A DNA stretch of 64,000 nucleotides from Chthoniobacteraceae bacterium (lineage in GTDB: Bacteria; Verrucomicrobiota; Verrucomicrobiia; Chthoniobacterales; Chthoniobacteraceae): NCBI GenBank assembly GCA_037190965.1, contig JBBCKI010000010.1, forward strand, positions 62,229 through 126,228, written 5' to 3'. Position 1 is the stretch's first letter; each line of letters opens with the position of its first letter. Positions 20,097-30,503 of this stretch are shown piece after piece. The notes under the pieces were generated by a model. That model was given only the letters and a program-made list of their open reading frames with translations. It was not told where the DNA came from and ran no database searches. Position numbers and translations under genes: made by a program.

Positions 20097-20201
20097 GCCG
20101 AGCGCGAGGTTAGGCTCCCGTGGCTTGGCGCGGGCGGTATTCCAACACCAGTAGCCCGTCCGGCGCGGATCGATCCCGCGCTCTCGGTAAGAGCGGGCTA
20201 C
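20097..20201. repeat. Degenerate, internally deleted REPIN-like copy 3
   Basis: Ends CGATCCCGCGCTCTCGGTAAGAGCGGGCTAC; internal CCAACACCAGTAGCCCGTCC matches the spacer of other copies; left arm eroded. Confidence 0.65.
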
Positions 20202-20259
20202 TCTTGCCGTCCCTCAGATCCGATCATTTCTCTTGGCTGCCCTCGGTATTCCCCGCGCG

Positions 20260-21342
20260 TTAGCTCATCGCGCCCTGCGCCTCGCGCAGTCGCACGGCGA
20301 TGTCTTCCGTCTGGAGGGCTCCCACCATCTCGGCGATGTCACCCTCGACGAAGCGATCCAGATTGTAGAGCGTCAGCCCGATGCGGTGATCGGTCACGCG
20401 ATTCTGGGGGAAGTTGTAGGTGCGGATTTTTTCCTCGCGCCCCCCGCCGCCGATGAGGCTCTTGCGATGCGCGGAATATTTTTCGGCCTCCTCCAGTTGC
20501 TTCTTTTCCAGAAGCCGCGAGCGAAGGATGTTGAGCGCCTTCTCCTTGTTCTTCTGCTGGCTGCGCCCGTCCTGACACCGGACAATCGTGCCGGTCGGAA
20601 TGTGCATCACCTGAACGGCGGAGTCGGTTGTGTTGACCCCCTGGCCACCAGGGCCACCGGCGCGGCAGACTTCGATGCGGAGTTCGTCGGGCTTGAGTTC
20701 AAAATCGACCTCCTCTGCTTCCGGCAGCACTGCGACCGTGGCGGTGCTGGTGTGAATACGGCCTTGCGCCTCCGTTGCCGGAACGCGTTGGACGCGATGG
20801 ACACCGCTCTCGTAGCGGAGCTTGCGGAAGACCTCGTTGCCCGAAACGCGGAAAATGACTTCGCGGAAACCGCCCAGCTCCGAAGAGCTTGATTCCATTG
20901 TTTCGATCTTGAGCCCGTTGACCTCCGCGTAGCGTGAATACATCCGGAAAAGATCGGCGGCAAAGAGGGCTGCCTCCGCGCCTCCCGTGCCCGCGCGAAT
21001 TTCCACAATGGCGTCGCGGTCTTCGCCCGGCTCGGGCGGCAGGAGGGCGATTTGGATTTTGACCTCCAGTTCCTTGATCTGTTTCTCCAGGTCCGGAATC
21101 TCCGAAGCCGCCAGTTCGGCCATTTCGGCATCGTCGCCTTTGGCCAGTTCCTGGCTTTCGGCGAGATTGGAAGTTGCCCGCCCAAACGCCTCCCAGGCCG
21201 TCAGAAGCCCCTTGAGTTGCGAGTGCTCCCGCATGACTTCGCGGGCATGCTGGGGGTTGCCAAACACGCTGCCGTCGGCGATCTCCGCTTCGAGTTCGCG
21301 GAAACGTTCGGTCTTTTGTTCGATCAGCGGGGCAAAATCCAT
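20260..21342 (-). CDS. prfA: Peptide chain release factor 1
   Basis: GGQ motif, PAT (PxT) anticodon mimic in VQRVPATE, RTYNFPQNRVTDHRI. Confidence 0.97.
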   Translation of the reverse strand: MDFAPLIEQKTERFRELEAEIADGSVFGNPQHAREVMREHSQLKGLLTAWEAFGRATSNLAESQELAKGDDAEMAELAASEIPDLEKQIKELEVKIQIALLPPEPGEDRDAIVEIRAGTGGAEAALFAADLFRMYSRYAEVNGLKIETMESSSSELGGFREVIFRVSGNEVFRKLRYESGVHRVQRVPATEAQGRIHTSTATVAVLPEAEEVDFELKPDELRIEVCRAGGPGGQGVNTTDSAVQVMHIPTGTIVRCQDGRSQQKNKEKALNILRSRLLEKKQLEEAEKYSAHRKSLIGGGGREEKIRTYNFPQNRVTDHRIGLTLYNLDRFVEGDIAEMVGALQTEDIAVRLREAQGAMS

Positions 21343-21384
21343 AAGGGTAAATCTAGCAGAAATGGGGAGGGAAAAACAGGACCC

Positions 21385-21423
21385 AAAAAAACGGTGACCC
21401 GCTTTGACAGCGTGTCACCGTTT
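21385..21423 (-). terminator. Rho-independent terminator after rpmE
   Basis: Minus strand AAACGGTGAC-loop-GTCACCGTTT followed by a T-run. Confidence 0.7.
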
Positions 21424-21443
21424 GCAAATTTGATGATTGGTAG

Positions 21444-21653
21444 CTACTTCCGACGGGCTGTGCCGTAGCGGCGGGCAAACTTCTCGATGCGGCCGGCGGT
21501 ATCGACGAACTTCTGTTCCCCGGTGAAGAAAGGATGGCAGGAAGCGCAGATGCCGATCTTGATGTCGCGGCGGGTGGACCGAGTGCTATAGACCGTACCG
21601 CAGGCGCACGTAATCGAAGTCTCGTTGTAATTGGGATGAATGTTCTCTTTCAT
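21444..21653 (-). CDS. rpmE: 50S ribosomal protein L31 (Zn-binding type)
   Basis: MKENIHPNY, CACG...CASCHPFFTG...DTAGRIEKF. Confidence 0.97.
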   Translation of the reverse strand: MKENIHPNYNETSITCACGTVYSTRSTRRDIKIGICASCHPFFTGEQKFVDTAGRIEKFARRYGTARRK

Positions 21654-21729
21654 GACCGGAAAAGGGAAAGTGACGATACTCTTAAACCTCTTCTCTGCAA
21701 CCAAAAACTTTGCCATTTTAGAGCTTCCG

Positions 21730-23145
21730 ATGGATTTCACCCCTTCCGCTCTCTCTGATTTGTCTCCTGCCCCCGCGATCCTGAACGCCTGGGAGGAGAC
21801 GGTCGCTCGTCTCGGTCCCGCCCCGGCCATTATCTCCAACCGGGGGGAAGTCCAGCGGACTTTTGACCAGATCGAGTGCGAGGCCCGGGAGTGGGCCGCC
21901 GCCTTCGCCGGGATCGAGCCGGGGAGCGTCATCGGCCTTCAGCCCGGCAATCACCCGGAGTGGCCCGCCCTCTTCCTTGCCTGCCTGCGGAGTCGCCTTG
22001 TCGCGCTGCCTCTGGGGCGGCATATCGGCGAGGCCGAGCGGTCACTCGCCCTGGAGACCTGTTGCGCCTCCGCTCTGCTGGAGAGAGAGGGGGATCGGCT
22101 GCGGTTGGTCCGCCTGCCTCATGTTGCTCCTCAATGGCCGGAGCCCTCGCCCGACCTCCTGAAACTGACCTCCGGGACCACCTCCGCGCCGCGCGCCATC
22201 CGTTTCCGGCAAGCTCAGCTTTTGGAGGATTGCCTTCAGATTTGCGAGACCATGGGGATCGGGGAGGGGGATCTCAACTATGCCGTCATCCCGCTTTCTC
22301 ATTCCTACGGCTTCAGCAATCTCGTCACGCCTCTCCTTTGCCGGGGGGTGCCGATGGTCGTCAGTGAAGACCGGATGCCGCGCGCGATTTTAAGCGGTCT
22401 GGCCTGCACGAGGGCCACCGTTTTTCCCGGCATGCCGATCTTTTTTGACAAGTTCGCCTCCATGGAGAATATCCCGCCGCTCCCAAGGCTGCGCCTGTGC
22501 ATCTCCGCCGGAGCGCCGTTGACCCCTGAGGTGGGCGGGCGTTTTACGGCCCGGTTCGGGCTCAAGATCCATACGTTCTATGGCTCCAGCGAGTGCGGCG
22601 GGATCGCTTACGATGCCGGGGAGGGACGCGATTACCGGGAGGGCTTTGTCGGCCAGCCGATGTCGCGCGTACGGATCGCTGCCGGCGAAGGCGAGACGAT
22701 CGCCGTGGAAAGCGCTGCCGTCGGCGATGGCTACTGGCCTGCGGAGAGCGGGGATTGTTCTTTGTTGCCCGGACGTTTCATCCCCGGAGATCTGGTCCGG
22801 CGCGAGCCGGGGGGGCTCTTTCTTGGGGGCCGCGTCTCCGACATGATCAACATTGCGGGCCGCAAGCTCAACCCTCGCGAGGTGGAGGCGCAGTTACTCC
22901 GTTTCCCCGGGGTGCGTGAAGCCGTGGTTTTCGGTGTTCCCTCGCCCTTGCGGCATGAGGAGGCGGTGGCCTGCGTCGCCGGGGAGGTGGCCGAGCGCGA
23001 GCTTCTTCAATTTGCCCGCGCGACTCTGAGCGGCTGGCAAACCCCTAAGGCGATCTGGGTCGTCCCTGAGATCCCCCGCAGCGAGCGCGGGAAAATCAAT
23101 CGGCGTGATCTTGCGAAGAAGTACGCCGAAGGGAATGCAAGGTAG
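21730..23145 (+). CDS. AMP-binding enzyme / acyl-CoA synthetase
   Basis: LTSGTTSAPR, FYGSSE, GD, GR..DMINIAG.K, PR...GK motifs. Confidence 0.88.
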   Translation: MDFTPSALSDLSPAPAILNAWEETVARLGPAPAIISNRGEVQRTFDQIECEAREWAAAFAGIEPGSVIGLQPGNHPEWPALFLACLRSRLVALPLGRHIGEAERSLALETCCASALLEREGDRLRLVRLPHVAPQWPEPSPDLLKLTSGTTSAPRAIRFRQAQLLEDCLQICETMGIGEGDLNYAVIPLSHSYGFSNLVTPLLCRGVPMVVSEDRMPRAILSGLACTRATVFPGMPIFFDKFASMENIPPLPRLRLCISAGAPLTPEVGGRFTARFGLKIHTFYGSSECGGIAYDAGEGRDYREGFVGQPMSRVRIAAGEGETIAVESAAVGDGYWPAESGDCSLLPGRFIPGDLVRREPGGLFLGGRVSDMINIAGRKLNPREVEAQLLRFPGVREAVVFGVPSPLRHEEAVACVAGEVAERELLQFARATLSGWQTPKAIWVVPEIPRSERGKINRRDLAKKYAEGNAR

Positions 23146-23285
23146 TCCGCTCTCGCCGAGAGCGCGGGAGATGACGGGGATGCTTATTTGACGTCCATCC
23201 CCGGAGGGCGGGCTGGTTCTGTTGGGATGCGCTTCAAAAGAGACGCGGGAGCCGATACCCGCGCTCGGCGGCGCGAGCGGGCTAC
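23142..23285. repeat. REPIN-like element copy 4 (reverse orientation)
   Basis: GTAGTCCGCTCTCGCCGAGAGCGCGGG ... CCCGCGCTCGGCGGCGCGAGCGGGCTAC; fills the gap between two convergent genes. Confidence 0.85.
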
Positions 23286-24341
23286 CTAGATCCCAGCCGA
23301 CGCTGCGGGTGCATCGGGCGGGGTCTGCTTCTCCTTTAAATCCAGCGCGGCGCGGACTTCCTCCACCAGCTTTGCTACGAGATGCCGATGGGCGCGCTCG
23401 AATAGAAAGACCTCTTTGAGACGGCGGTCTACCGAGTAGAGCACGAGGTTTTCGCTCAGGAACTTTGATTCGTGAGTCGTTTTGCAGCCGTTAAGCTCGA
23501 GGGTTTGCGCCGTTGTGCGGAACCAACCCTTGCCGACGAAGTGGAGGCGGTCCGGTTCGTTCTCCAGCGCGACCAGATAGCCCGAGGCATTCGATTTGAG
23601 CCGCTTGGAGCCCGAGGCGACGCACGGTGCCGCCCATCGGATGGCAGGGCTGGCCGAGCCCTTGATCGAGTGAAGCAGGATGTCGGCATCGGCCGGGATG
23701 GTTTTCGGGAAGTCTGCCAAGGGTTGTGTTGCTCCGGCAGGGGCACTGAGCTTCCGCCAGGCCAGCCATGCCTTGGTTCGGACCGATCGCGCGATTTTGG
23801 GGCCAAAGTAGAGAATGGCCGCGACCAGTAGGATGACGATGCAGAGCGCCAGTACGGGATTCGTCTGCAGGAGGACGAGCCCGCCCAGAACGGCGACATC
23901 TTCCCCCACGCTCAAGGCGATGTTCGAGAACGGCTCCGGGGAGCTGTTGGCGACGAGCCGCGCGCCCGCCTTCAGGCTGTGGGTGGAAAAGGCAACGCCG
24001 CCGGCAAGAAGGGCAATGGTGACATCGAACGCAGGGTTGACGCTTCCCAATGCCTTGACGGCCAGAAACGCGCCGCCTACCGGGCGGATGACGCTATGGA
24101 CAAGATCCCAGAGCGAATCGACCCACGGTACCTTGTCCGCAAAAAATTGGAGGCAGTAGAGGACTCCGGCGATCAGGATGATCACGGGGCTCCCGAGGAT
24201 CTGGAGTTCCGCGTACTGTGGCGCGAGGGCGATCCATTGCTGTTGAATGGCCAGCCCGGCGACGAAAACGGTGAGGTAAAGATTGATCCCCGCCAGCGCG
24301 CCGAGCCCCAGGGCGGTACCGAGCAGTTGCAAGGTTTCCAT
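23286..24341 (-). CDS. DUF4126 domain membrane protein
   Basis: GLG.LAGINLY, ADKVPWVDSLWD, SPEPFSN..LS..ED motifs plus a C-terminal extension. Confidence 0.85.
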   Translation of the reverse strand: METLQLLGTALGLGALAGINLYLTVFVAGLAIQQQWIALAPQYAELQILGSPVIILIAGVLYCLQFFADKVPWVDSLWDLVHSVIRPVGGAFLAVKALGSVNPAFDVTIALLAGGVAFSTHSLKAGARLVANSSPEPFSNIALSVGEDVAVLGGLVLLQTNPVLALCIVILLVAAILYFGPKIARSVRTKAWLAWRKLSAPAGATQPLADFPKTIPADADILLHSIKGSASPAIRWAAPCVASGSKRLKSNASGYLVALENEPDRLHFVGKGWFRTTAQTLELNGCKTTHESKFLSENLVLYSVDRRLKEVFLFERAHRHLVAKLVEEVRAALDLKEKQTPPDAPAASAGI

Positions 24342-24421
24342 AAGCGCTCATATAGCACGGATTCGGACCCGTGGGCTATGAAATCTTCGCGGGCTGCCTA
24401 CCGGACGCGGGGGACGATCGG

Positions 24422-27400
24422 TCAGTTGACGAAAATTGGGTCCCGCTCGTGTTTTTCGAACCGCTTCAAGTCTTTGAGCGCGGCGTCCGCCTTCTCCGGG
24501 CAAAGGGCGAGATAGCAGTGGTAACGGCGTGAGAGGAAATCTCTGTCCCATGGGATATGGGGCTCCAGCCCTTCGATGGCATTGAGGGTGAAAAGGGTGA
24601 ATTTTTCTCCATCCAGCACCTGTGCGGTGCGGACGAGCGCCATTAGCCGCTTTTCATTGCTGACACAGACCGAGAAGGGAGCTTTTAGCGCCTCATGAAG
24701 CCGGATGGCGAGGGGCCTGTTCCCGTCGATGCGCGCAAGCTCCACGGCCACGTCGAAGGAGCGCCCGAGGACCGGAGGGTGTACCCAAGGATCCGTTCGG
24801 CAACCGATGAAGCCCGCCTCCAGCGCGTCGGCGGCTTCGTTCATGCGGCCCTGCCGCAATCGAAGCCTCCCGAGAAGCAGCGCGGCTTCGGTGGGGTGGG
24901 TGACTTTCAGTTTGTTGAGGTAGGGGAGCGCCTGTTCGTCGCCTTCGTCGGCGAGCAGTTCGGCCACCATGGCTACTTCGGTGATATCCTCCGGTTCGAA
25001 GACTTCGGCGCGCCATGTTTGCAGCGCCAGTTGTGGTCTTCCTTGCAGGTAATAGCTCAAAGCCTGGGCCCGTTCGCGTTGGGGCTCGGAGAGGTGGGCG
25101 CCGACAGTCGGCGTGACTTCGAAGCCGACCATCATTGAGAGGCGGCGGGTCTCCACTGTGTTCCAGTCGATCTCTCCGTCAACCAGAGAAGGCCGGGCTT
25201 GGCTCTGGCTTTTCGCAAGATCGCGGAGAGAGGCGAGGCTAAAGCCATTGAGTTTCCCGGTGCCGACGCTGCGGGCGAAGGCAAACTCCAGGTGATTGCA
25301 ATTGTCAGTATTGAGCCCGCCGCGATGCTTCCGCGCGAGGGTGTCGGCAAAGGCGGTGTTGGCGACATAGTGAGCCATCAGCCCTTCGAGGTCGGTGACT
25401 CGCCATGCCCAGGCCAGAGCGCTCCGGTAGGGTTCCTGGGTAATCCGGGCGCGTAACTCCGGCAGGCGGTATGACGGGGGAGCCTTGGAGGCAATGAAGA
25501 GCATGTCGCCATTGTTCGTCTGCCAGGTTTCCACGTTCGGGAAGACGGAGTGCAGAGTGGCATAGATGGTTTGCACGGCTTTCGCGTCGATATCATAAGC
25601 CTGCACCCATTGGATGAAGCTGCCATCGTTGCGCAATCGTTGGGATACCGCTTTGTAAAATTCGGCCGTGAACAGGCTGGAGATTCCCGCGCGGTAAGGA
25701 TTCGAGGGCTCGGAAAAGATGATGTCGTAACGTCGTGGCGAGGTAAGGAGCAGTTCGCGGGCGTCCCCAATTTGCACGTGCACCTTGCGGTTTCCAAGGG
25801 CGTTCTGATTGACCGGGGCGCAGAGTTCAGCGACCCGTTCGACGACGGGTTCCAGTTCCATCACGTCCACCCTTTCCATTCCGGGAATGACGCCCAGCCA
25901 CCCGGCGGTGGAGCCTGTTCCGAGGCCGATCACCAGGGACTCCTTCGGGTTCGGGTGCAGAAGCGCGCCGAGAAGGCCGCTCATGATCTGGGTGCTCGCG
26001 TCGGCCCGGGAATTGCCGTCTGCTTTGCCGTTGATGAGGAACGTGACGGCGGATTGAGTGGTGATGCCGACGCAGCTTTCGATCCCGTCTCTCTCCAGAA
26101 GAAGGTTGCGGCGTGTCTGGTTGAACCAGTCGTGCAGATTGTTGCGGGTCATGCTGGCCGGGACGGGCAGGATACCGGCTCCGATCGGCAATTGCCGCCA
26201 GACTGCCGTGGGCCCGGTTGCAAAGAGCAGCGGCAGAGTGGCCAGCGCGATGGCAACCGGTTGCGGGATGGGCCAGAGGGGGCGTTCCAGCTTCCAGGAA
26301 AAAACGGCGAGGCATAGGCTTAGCGCGAGCAGCAAAACGATCACGAGGATCCACGCGCCGGGGGCGGACAAAAGGGGCAGCAGACCGAAGCCTCCGGCCA
26401 GCGCACCGAGAATGGCTCCCAGCGTGTTCGATGCATAACCCAGGCCGGTGTGGCGGCCGACGTTTTTGTGACCCTGCCCCAGCAGGGCGATGAGCAGTGG
26501 AAATTGAAAGCCCGAGACGATGGCTGCGGGAAGCACGAGCAGCAGGGTGACGACGGCCCAGGCGGCGATTCGCCCTGCAAATCCAAAGACACCCAGCGGT
26601 TGCAACAAAAGGGCGAGGAGGGCCAGACGATCTCCAAGCGCATAGGGAATGGCCAGCAGGACGCCTTCCAGGGCAAAGGTAAGGGCCAGATGGTGGAGGG
26701 AAGGGGGGCGGTTTCGCTTGAATGCCGCATAGGCGATTCCCCCAACCCCAATTCCCAGCAGAGCGATGGAGAGGATTAATCCAAACGTGAAAGTTGACCC
26801 TCCAAGCAGCGGGCCAAGCATGCGATACCAAACTAGTTCCATGAGCAGGAATGCAAAGCCCGCTGCCGCCGAAGCGACCAGAATCAGCGGCGAGGGGATT
26901 GCCTTTTCGGAGCCCGGAACGAGTCCGACGCCCGGTTGGGGACCTGAACGATGCTTCTGCTGGCGCGCTTCCGGCGCAAACATGGCTTGGTTTGACAAGG
27001 TCAGCGCGGCAAGACCGGCGAAGGCGTTTAATAGACAACCCAGCCAGAGAGTGAGCCGGTTCCCCAAGAGTTCGAGGAGAAAAAAAGTTGAGAGTGCGAC
27101 GCCAAGAACGGCGCCGAGAGTGTTCATCCCATAGAGTAAGGCCAGATGCCGTCTTCCCTGATCTGTGTCGGTCTCAATTGCTCGGGCTGCGGCAGGAAGA
27201 GTCCCGCCCATCAGGAAGGTGGGCGCCCCCATGACAACCATCGCCAGGGCCGCACGCAGAAGCATGCCAAATCCCGGTCCCACGGTAGTCGTGCTGCAGA
27301 TGGTGATGTAGAGATGCTCCGCTCCCCAGAGAAGCGCGGGGGTCGATATTGTGGTCCCGGCGATGATCAGTTCAATCTTTCCGTAAAAGCGAAGGGGGCG

Positions 27401-27601
27401 TGCCTTTCTATCGACTTTTCTTCCGAGGATGAGGCTTCCCGCTCCCAACCCGCCCATGAAAATGGCTAAAACCGCCGCTGAGGCCGCCGTGGAACTTCCG
27501 AAGATAAGCCTGAACTCTCTGAGCCAGACGGTTTGATAAATAAGGGCACAAAATCCTGTCAGGAATAGGAGAAATGCGACGGAGAGTAACCGGATGTTCA
27601 T
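24422..27601 (-). CDS. Fused MFS-like membrane domain / spermidine synthase-like methyltransferase with helical C-terminus
   Basis: GFCALIYQTVW, FMGGLGAG, LYGMNTLGA; LVIGLGTGST SAM motif, GDARE, YDII.SEPSNP. Confidence 0.88.
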   Translation of the reverse strand: MNIRLLSVAFLLFLTGFCALIYQTVWLREFRLIFGSSTAASAAVLAIFMGGLGAGSLILGRKVDRKARPLRFYGKIELIIAGTTISTPALLWGAEHLYITICSTTTVGPGFGMLLRAALAMVVMGAPTFLMGGTLPAAARAIETDTDQGRRHLALLYGMNTLGAVLGVALSTFFLLELLGNRLTLWLGCLLNAFAGLAALTLSNQAMFAPEARQQKHRSGPQPGVGLVPGSEKAIPSPLILVASAAAGFAFLLMELVWYRMLGPLLGGSTFTFGLILSIALLGIGVGGIAYAAFKRNRPPSLHHLALTFALEGVLLAIPYALGDRLALLALLLQPLGVFGFAGRIAAWAVVTLLLVLPAAIVSGFQFPLLIALLGQGHKNVGRHTGLGYASNTLGAILGALAGGFGLLPLLSAPGAWILVIVLLLALSLCLAVFSWKLERPLWPIPQPVAIALATLPLLFATGPTAVWRQLPIGAGILPVPASMTRNNLHDWFNQTRRNLLLERDGIESCVGITTQSAVTFLINGKADGNSRADASTQIMSGLLGALLHPNPKESLVIGLGTGSTAGWLGVIPGMERVDVMELEPVVERVAELCAPVNQNALGNRKVHVQIGDARELLLTSPRRYDIIFSEPSNPYRAGISSLFTAEFYKAVSQRLRNDGSFIQWVQAYDIDAKAVQTIYATLHSVFPNVETWQTNNGDMLFIASKAPPSYRLPELRARITQEPYRSALAWAWRVTDLEGLMAHYVANTAFADTLARKHRGGLNTDNCNHLEFAFARSVGTGKLNGFSLASLRDLAKSQSQARPSLVDGEIDWNTVETRRLSMMVGFEVTPTVGAHLSEPQRERAQALSYYLQGRPQLALQTWRAEVFEPEDITEVAMVAELLADEGDEQALPYLNKLKVTHPTEAALLLGRLRLRQGRMNEAADALEAGFIGCRTDPWVHPPVLGRSFDVAVELARIDGNRPLAIRLHEALKAPFSVCVSNEKRLMALVRTAQVLDGEKFTLFTLNAIEGLEPHIPWDRDFLSRRYHCYLALCPEKADAALKDLKRFEKHERDPIFVN

Positions 27602-27839
27602 GGAAATGGGGCTCGTACATAGGTTAGTCAACGTTCAAAGCTTGCGATCGCCAAGCCCAAGTCATTAGGGGATCGGCTCGTTGAGTTGATGGGGGGATGC
27701 ATTAGGGGCCCTGAATGATTTTGGTGCTTTCGTTAATGGATTCCCTATCGGGTTGGTCGGGTTGATAGATGCCGAGATTTCCGCCAAAAAGACCTCTCAA
27801 AACCGACAGTTTGGCATCGAGAGGAAAAATTTTAGGCTT

Positions 27840-29936
27840 ATGGAAATGAATTTTAAGAAAATGATGAGGTCAGCAACTGCTGTTGCGCTGGCGATGATGA
27901 CCGTCCAAGCGATGGGCGCGGAGCGGACATGGGATGGATCGCAGAATGCAAACTGGGACCAAAAGAAAAACTGGAGCAATGATTCGCAACCCGGAGCCGC
28001 TGACACGGCACTATTTGCCGCTGTCGGATCGGCTAGTCAGCCTAGTATAAACAGTAGCGCCACCATCGGCGGGCTTGTTTTTACCGGAACCGGCGGCTGG
28101 ACTCTCAGCGGGGGAAGCACTCTCACGATTAATTCCAGCGGCATCGAGAGTACGGCGACCGGCTCCAACACCATCAGTGCAGCGGTAGCTTTGGGTGCGG
28201 CTCAAACCTGGGCGATCAGTTCGGGTACATTGACTGTCAGCGGCGGGGTCAGCGGTGCCAATGCGCTCACGAAGAGTGGCGCGGGTCTTCTCGTCATGAC
28301 TGGCGCTAAAGCCTATACTGGCGCGACCACGATCAGCGGAGGCGTTTTCAGCATCAATACTTTGGCTAACGGCGGTAGCAGCAGTTCCATTGGGGCCTCG
28401 GGGACGAATGCCTCGAACCTCGTCTTCAACGGCGGAACGCTTCGCTATACCGGAGCTGCGGGATCGACCAACCGCTCCTTTACCCTAAACACGGCCGGCG
28501 GCACCATTGAGGCGAACGGCACGGGCGCAGTGACGTTCGGCAATACAGCCGAGATCGGCTACGGCGGGTCGGGCACGCGTCAACTGACATTGAGCGGCAC
28601 TTCACTGGCGGCCAATACCATGACGTCGGTTATCGGCGATGGATCGGGCGGGACGACTAGTCTTGTTAAAAACGGGACGGGGACCTGGGTGCTGGGAGGA
28701 GCCAATACCTTCACTGGGGGCGCTACCGTGGAATCGGGCACGCTCCAATTCGGCTCGGCTAACCGGTTGAGTGCGACGGGGGCCATCACAGTCAACGGGG
28801 GTGTCTTGAACATCAGTAACGGCCAGACGACCTCGGGCAATGTGGTGTTCAACGGCGGAACGGTGACCAGCGGCACGTTGACAAAAAATAACGGCAGCTT
28901 TGATGCGCGTTCCGGCACGGCCGCTTCCATTCTCTCCGGGAGTGCAGGACTGACCAAAACGACGAGCGGCACGATGACGTTGAGCGCGGCAAATACCTAT
29001 AGCGGTGGCACCACAGTGGAGGCCGGAGTTCTCCTCTTTGCGGTCGGGGCCAACCGGTTGAGCACGAGCGGGGATATTACCATCAACGGCGGCACGTTGA
29101 ACCTCGGCGGCTTTACCCAGACCACCACTGGAAACGTGACGATTGCGGGAGGGGTTGTGACCAACGGAACCTTGACCAAGACGGGAGGCAGTCACACGGT
29201 GCAATCCGGAACGATCAACGCCACTATGGCGGGAAGCGCGGGGCTGGAAAAAACGTCAGCCTCAATATTGACCCTTAGCGGTAGCCACACTTACACCGGC
29301 GCGACGAAGGTGAGCGCAGGCACGTTTTTGGTCAACGGTAACATCGCCAGCAGCAGCGGTGTGGAGGTGCTCTCCGGAGCAACCTTTGGCGGCAGCGGCA
29401 TCGTTTCCAAAATCTCCGGCGCGGGAACGGTGGCTCCCGGCAATAGCCCGGGAATTCTGACGTCGGGATCCGTGGACGGCTCGGGAGGGCTCGATTTTAA
29501 TTTCGAGTTCACCAACGCGGCGATAGCCGGACTTAGCCAACCCATTTTCGGGAACGCGACAGCGAGTGGCAACGATGTCCTTCGCCTTACCGGCGCTACT
29601 CCGTTCACCATGGCGCTTGACGCATCCAACGTGATTACGCTGGATTTCAGCGCGGTAACGTTGACTCTTGGAGATCGCTTTCAGGGAGGTTTCTACACCG
29701 ACGCAGGCGATTTCCTGAACGACATCAACGCTGCGACATTCAACTATGTTGGAGCGGGTGCGTATACCATGACGGTCGCCATGGTTCAGGTCTCCACGGA
29801 CTTTGGAGATGGAGTCGTTAACGGGTATGTCACCGAGTTCACGGTGGTTCCCGAACCGGCGACAATGCTTCTCTTCGGCCTTTCCTTGGGCGGCCTGGCG
29901 ATCGCCAACCGGCGCAAGAAGATGGCAAAAGCCTAG
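27840..29936 (+). CDS. Autotransporter-associated beta-strand repeat PEP-CTERM protein
   Basis: Signal peptide; repeated LTKxGxGxLxLxGxNTYxGxTxV; APGNSPG; VPEPA + TM + RRKK. Confidence 0.9.
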   Translation: MEMNFKKMMRSATAVALAMMTVQAMGAERTWDGSQNANWDQKKNWSNDSQPGAADTALFAAVGSASQPSINSSATIGGLVFTGTGGWTLSGGSTLTINSSGIESTATGSNTISAAVALGAAQTWAISSGTLTVSGGVSGANALTKSGAGLLVMTGAKAYTGATTISGGVFSINTLANGGSSSSIGASGTNASNLVFNGGTLRYTGAAGSTNRSFTLNTAGGTIEANGTGAVTFGNTAEIGYGGSGTRQLTLSGTSLAANTMTSVIGDGSGGTTSLVKNGTGTWVLGGANTFTGGATVESGTLQFGSANRLSATGAITVNGGVLNISNGQTTSGNVVFNGGTVTSGTLTKNNGSFDARSGTAASILSGSAGLTKTTSGTMTLSAANTYSGGTTVEAGVLLFAVGANRLSTSGDITINGGTLNLGGFTQTTTGNVTIAGGVVTNGTLTKTGGSHTVQSGTINATMAGSAGLEKTSASILTLSGSHTYTGATKVSAGTFLVNGNIASSSGVEVLSGATFGGSGIVSKISGAGTVAPGNSPGILTSGSVDGSGGLDFNFEFTNAAIAGLSQPIFGNATASGNDVLRLTGATPFTMALDASNVITLDFSAVTLTLGDRFQGGFYTDAGDFLNDINAATFNYVGAGAYTMTVAMVQVSTDFGDGVVNGYVTEFTVVPEPATMLLFGLSLGGLAIANRRKKMAKA

Positions 29937-29966
29937 GCAAGCTTCATAGCGTTAAGTCCCCCCCGG

Positions 29967-29997
29967 CCGGGCGTTCCATTGGAACGCCCGGTTTTTT
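29967..29997 (+). terminator. Rho-independent terminator
   Basis: CCGGGCGTTCC-ATT-GGAACGCCCGG perfect stem followed by TTTTTT. Confidence 0.9.
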
Positions 29998-30059
29998 GCG
30001 TGAGGAAGCTGGCCTTTATCTGGGGATCCGGAGCTCCGAGCGTTTCGGCGTCTCGATTT

Positions 30060-30431
30060 TTACCGCCGGCTGGCAGGAGTAACCGCGTGATTTTCCATGA
30101 ATTCCTTCAACACCACGGCCTCGTTGTGCGTCTCGTCTTTTGCGCCATAGAGCAGGGTCAGCCGCCCCTTGTGCGCAAGAGCCGCGAGTTGCTCGACGGC
30201 CTCGTGGTTTTTCGAGAGTTCCCGGCGATAACGCCGCTGGAATTCGGCCCATCGATCGGGATCGTGCCCAAACCACTTCCGAAGCTCCGAGCTGGGGGCG
30301 ACGTCTTTGAGCCAAAGATCGAGCTGGGCCTCCACTTTGGACACTCCTCGCGGCCAGAGTCTGTCGACAAGAACACGGGTTCCGTCCGATTTTTCAGCCG
30401 CCTCGTAGATTCGTTTGAGTTTGATTTCCAT
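30060..30431 (-). CDS. DUF488 (YeaO-like) protein
   Basis: KRIYE...DGTRVLVDRLWPRGVSK...APSSELRKWFGHDP, HNEAVVL. Confidence 0.92.
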   Translation of the reverse strand: MEIKLKRIYEAAEKSDGTRVLVDRLWPRGVSKVEAQLDLWLKDVAPSSELRKWFGHDPDRWAEFQRRYRRELSKNHEAVEQLAALAHKGRLTLLYGAKDETHNEAVVLKEFMENHAVTPASRR

Positions 30432-30503
30432 GGCTCTGAGACTGCAGGGGGACGACGATGAGGTATCGCCTTTCGCCGACAGGGCGGCGGTGCGTGGCTC
30501 AAT

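Noticed and set aside
30452..30500. GACGATGAGGTATCGCC resembling a fluoride riboswitch start
   Set aside because: Wrong strand for the flanking genes, and it lacks the downstream GCTGATGAC element.
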